NCBI RefSeq assembly: GCF_001194135.2 | Contig: NC_069000.1 | Coordinates: 14,229,299-14,293,298 of the forward strand | Length of the DNA: 64,000 nt | Direction: 5' to 3' | Origin: Octopus bimaculoides | Taxonomy: Eukaryota | In this document: positions 63,698 through 64,000 of the stretch, piece after piece | How positions within the stretch are numbered: the stretch's first letter is position 1 | Layout of the letters: the number at the start of each line of letters is the position of its first letter | Program-made: the position numbers and the translations under genes | Notes under the pieces: generated by a model | What the model was told of the DNA's origin: nothing | What the model saw: the letters and a program-made list of their open reading frames with translations, nothing else | The model's database searches: none

Positions 63698-64000
63698 TAC
63701 CTCCCCTACAGCAAGACACCTGTTTCTGTCTCTCTGTCACACTCTAACCTTTCATCATTTGGCACAAGATCACCTCCTCCAGTGCCCCCTCCCCTCTTAA
63801 AGGATCTTTGTCTTGCAAGTTACTTGGTGACCCTGTCAGTGCTGGTGCCACATAAAAAGCATCCAGTCCATACTGTAAAGTGGTTGGCAGCAGCAGCAGG
63901 TGGTGGTGGTGGTGGTGCTGCTGCTGCTAAAAACTGACTACCATGAACGATAGCCAGTTATGATGTTTATTTTTTTTGTAGATATTGGGAGATAGAATTG

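Noticed and set aside
1-64000. CRISPR arrays, rRNA or prokaryotic operon-type systems
   Set aside because: None seen. The window is spliced eukaryotic DNA, and the repeated blocks are dispersed SINEs, not regularly spaced repeats.

Overview
This is AT-rich, repeat-dense animal genomic DNA with nine N-gaps. The SINE families, RTE-LINE tails and microsatellite density suggest a cephalopod, probably Octopus (inference, not verified). Two divergently transcribed multi-exon genes could be rebuilt exon by exon with consistent GT-AG phases. (1) Minus strand, 14151->4523: an 8-exon SAXO/FAM154-family microtubule-inner protein of 525 aa with 12 Mn-type repeats. (2) Plus strand, 19727->27118: a 9-exon VPS26C/DSCR3 of 298 aa (retriever subunit). 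The rest of the window (about 28-64 kb) has no CDS I can support, only isolated splice-bounded candidate exons. Mobile DNA is abundant: at least three tRNA-head SINE families, RTE-clade LINE fragments (one with a PHD-type finger and a ~50-bp target duplication), a Tc1 transposase stub, mariner, hAT and piggyBac MITEs, and a possible solo LTR. The most unusual signal is a set of hammerhead-ribozyme-like motifs with palindromic stem III, each next to or inside a fold-back inverted repeat. The clearest is at 43225-43347, with weaker ones near 53.85 kb and 11.2/11.9 kb. No copy looks fully intact, so activity is unproven.
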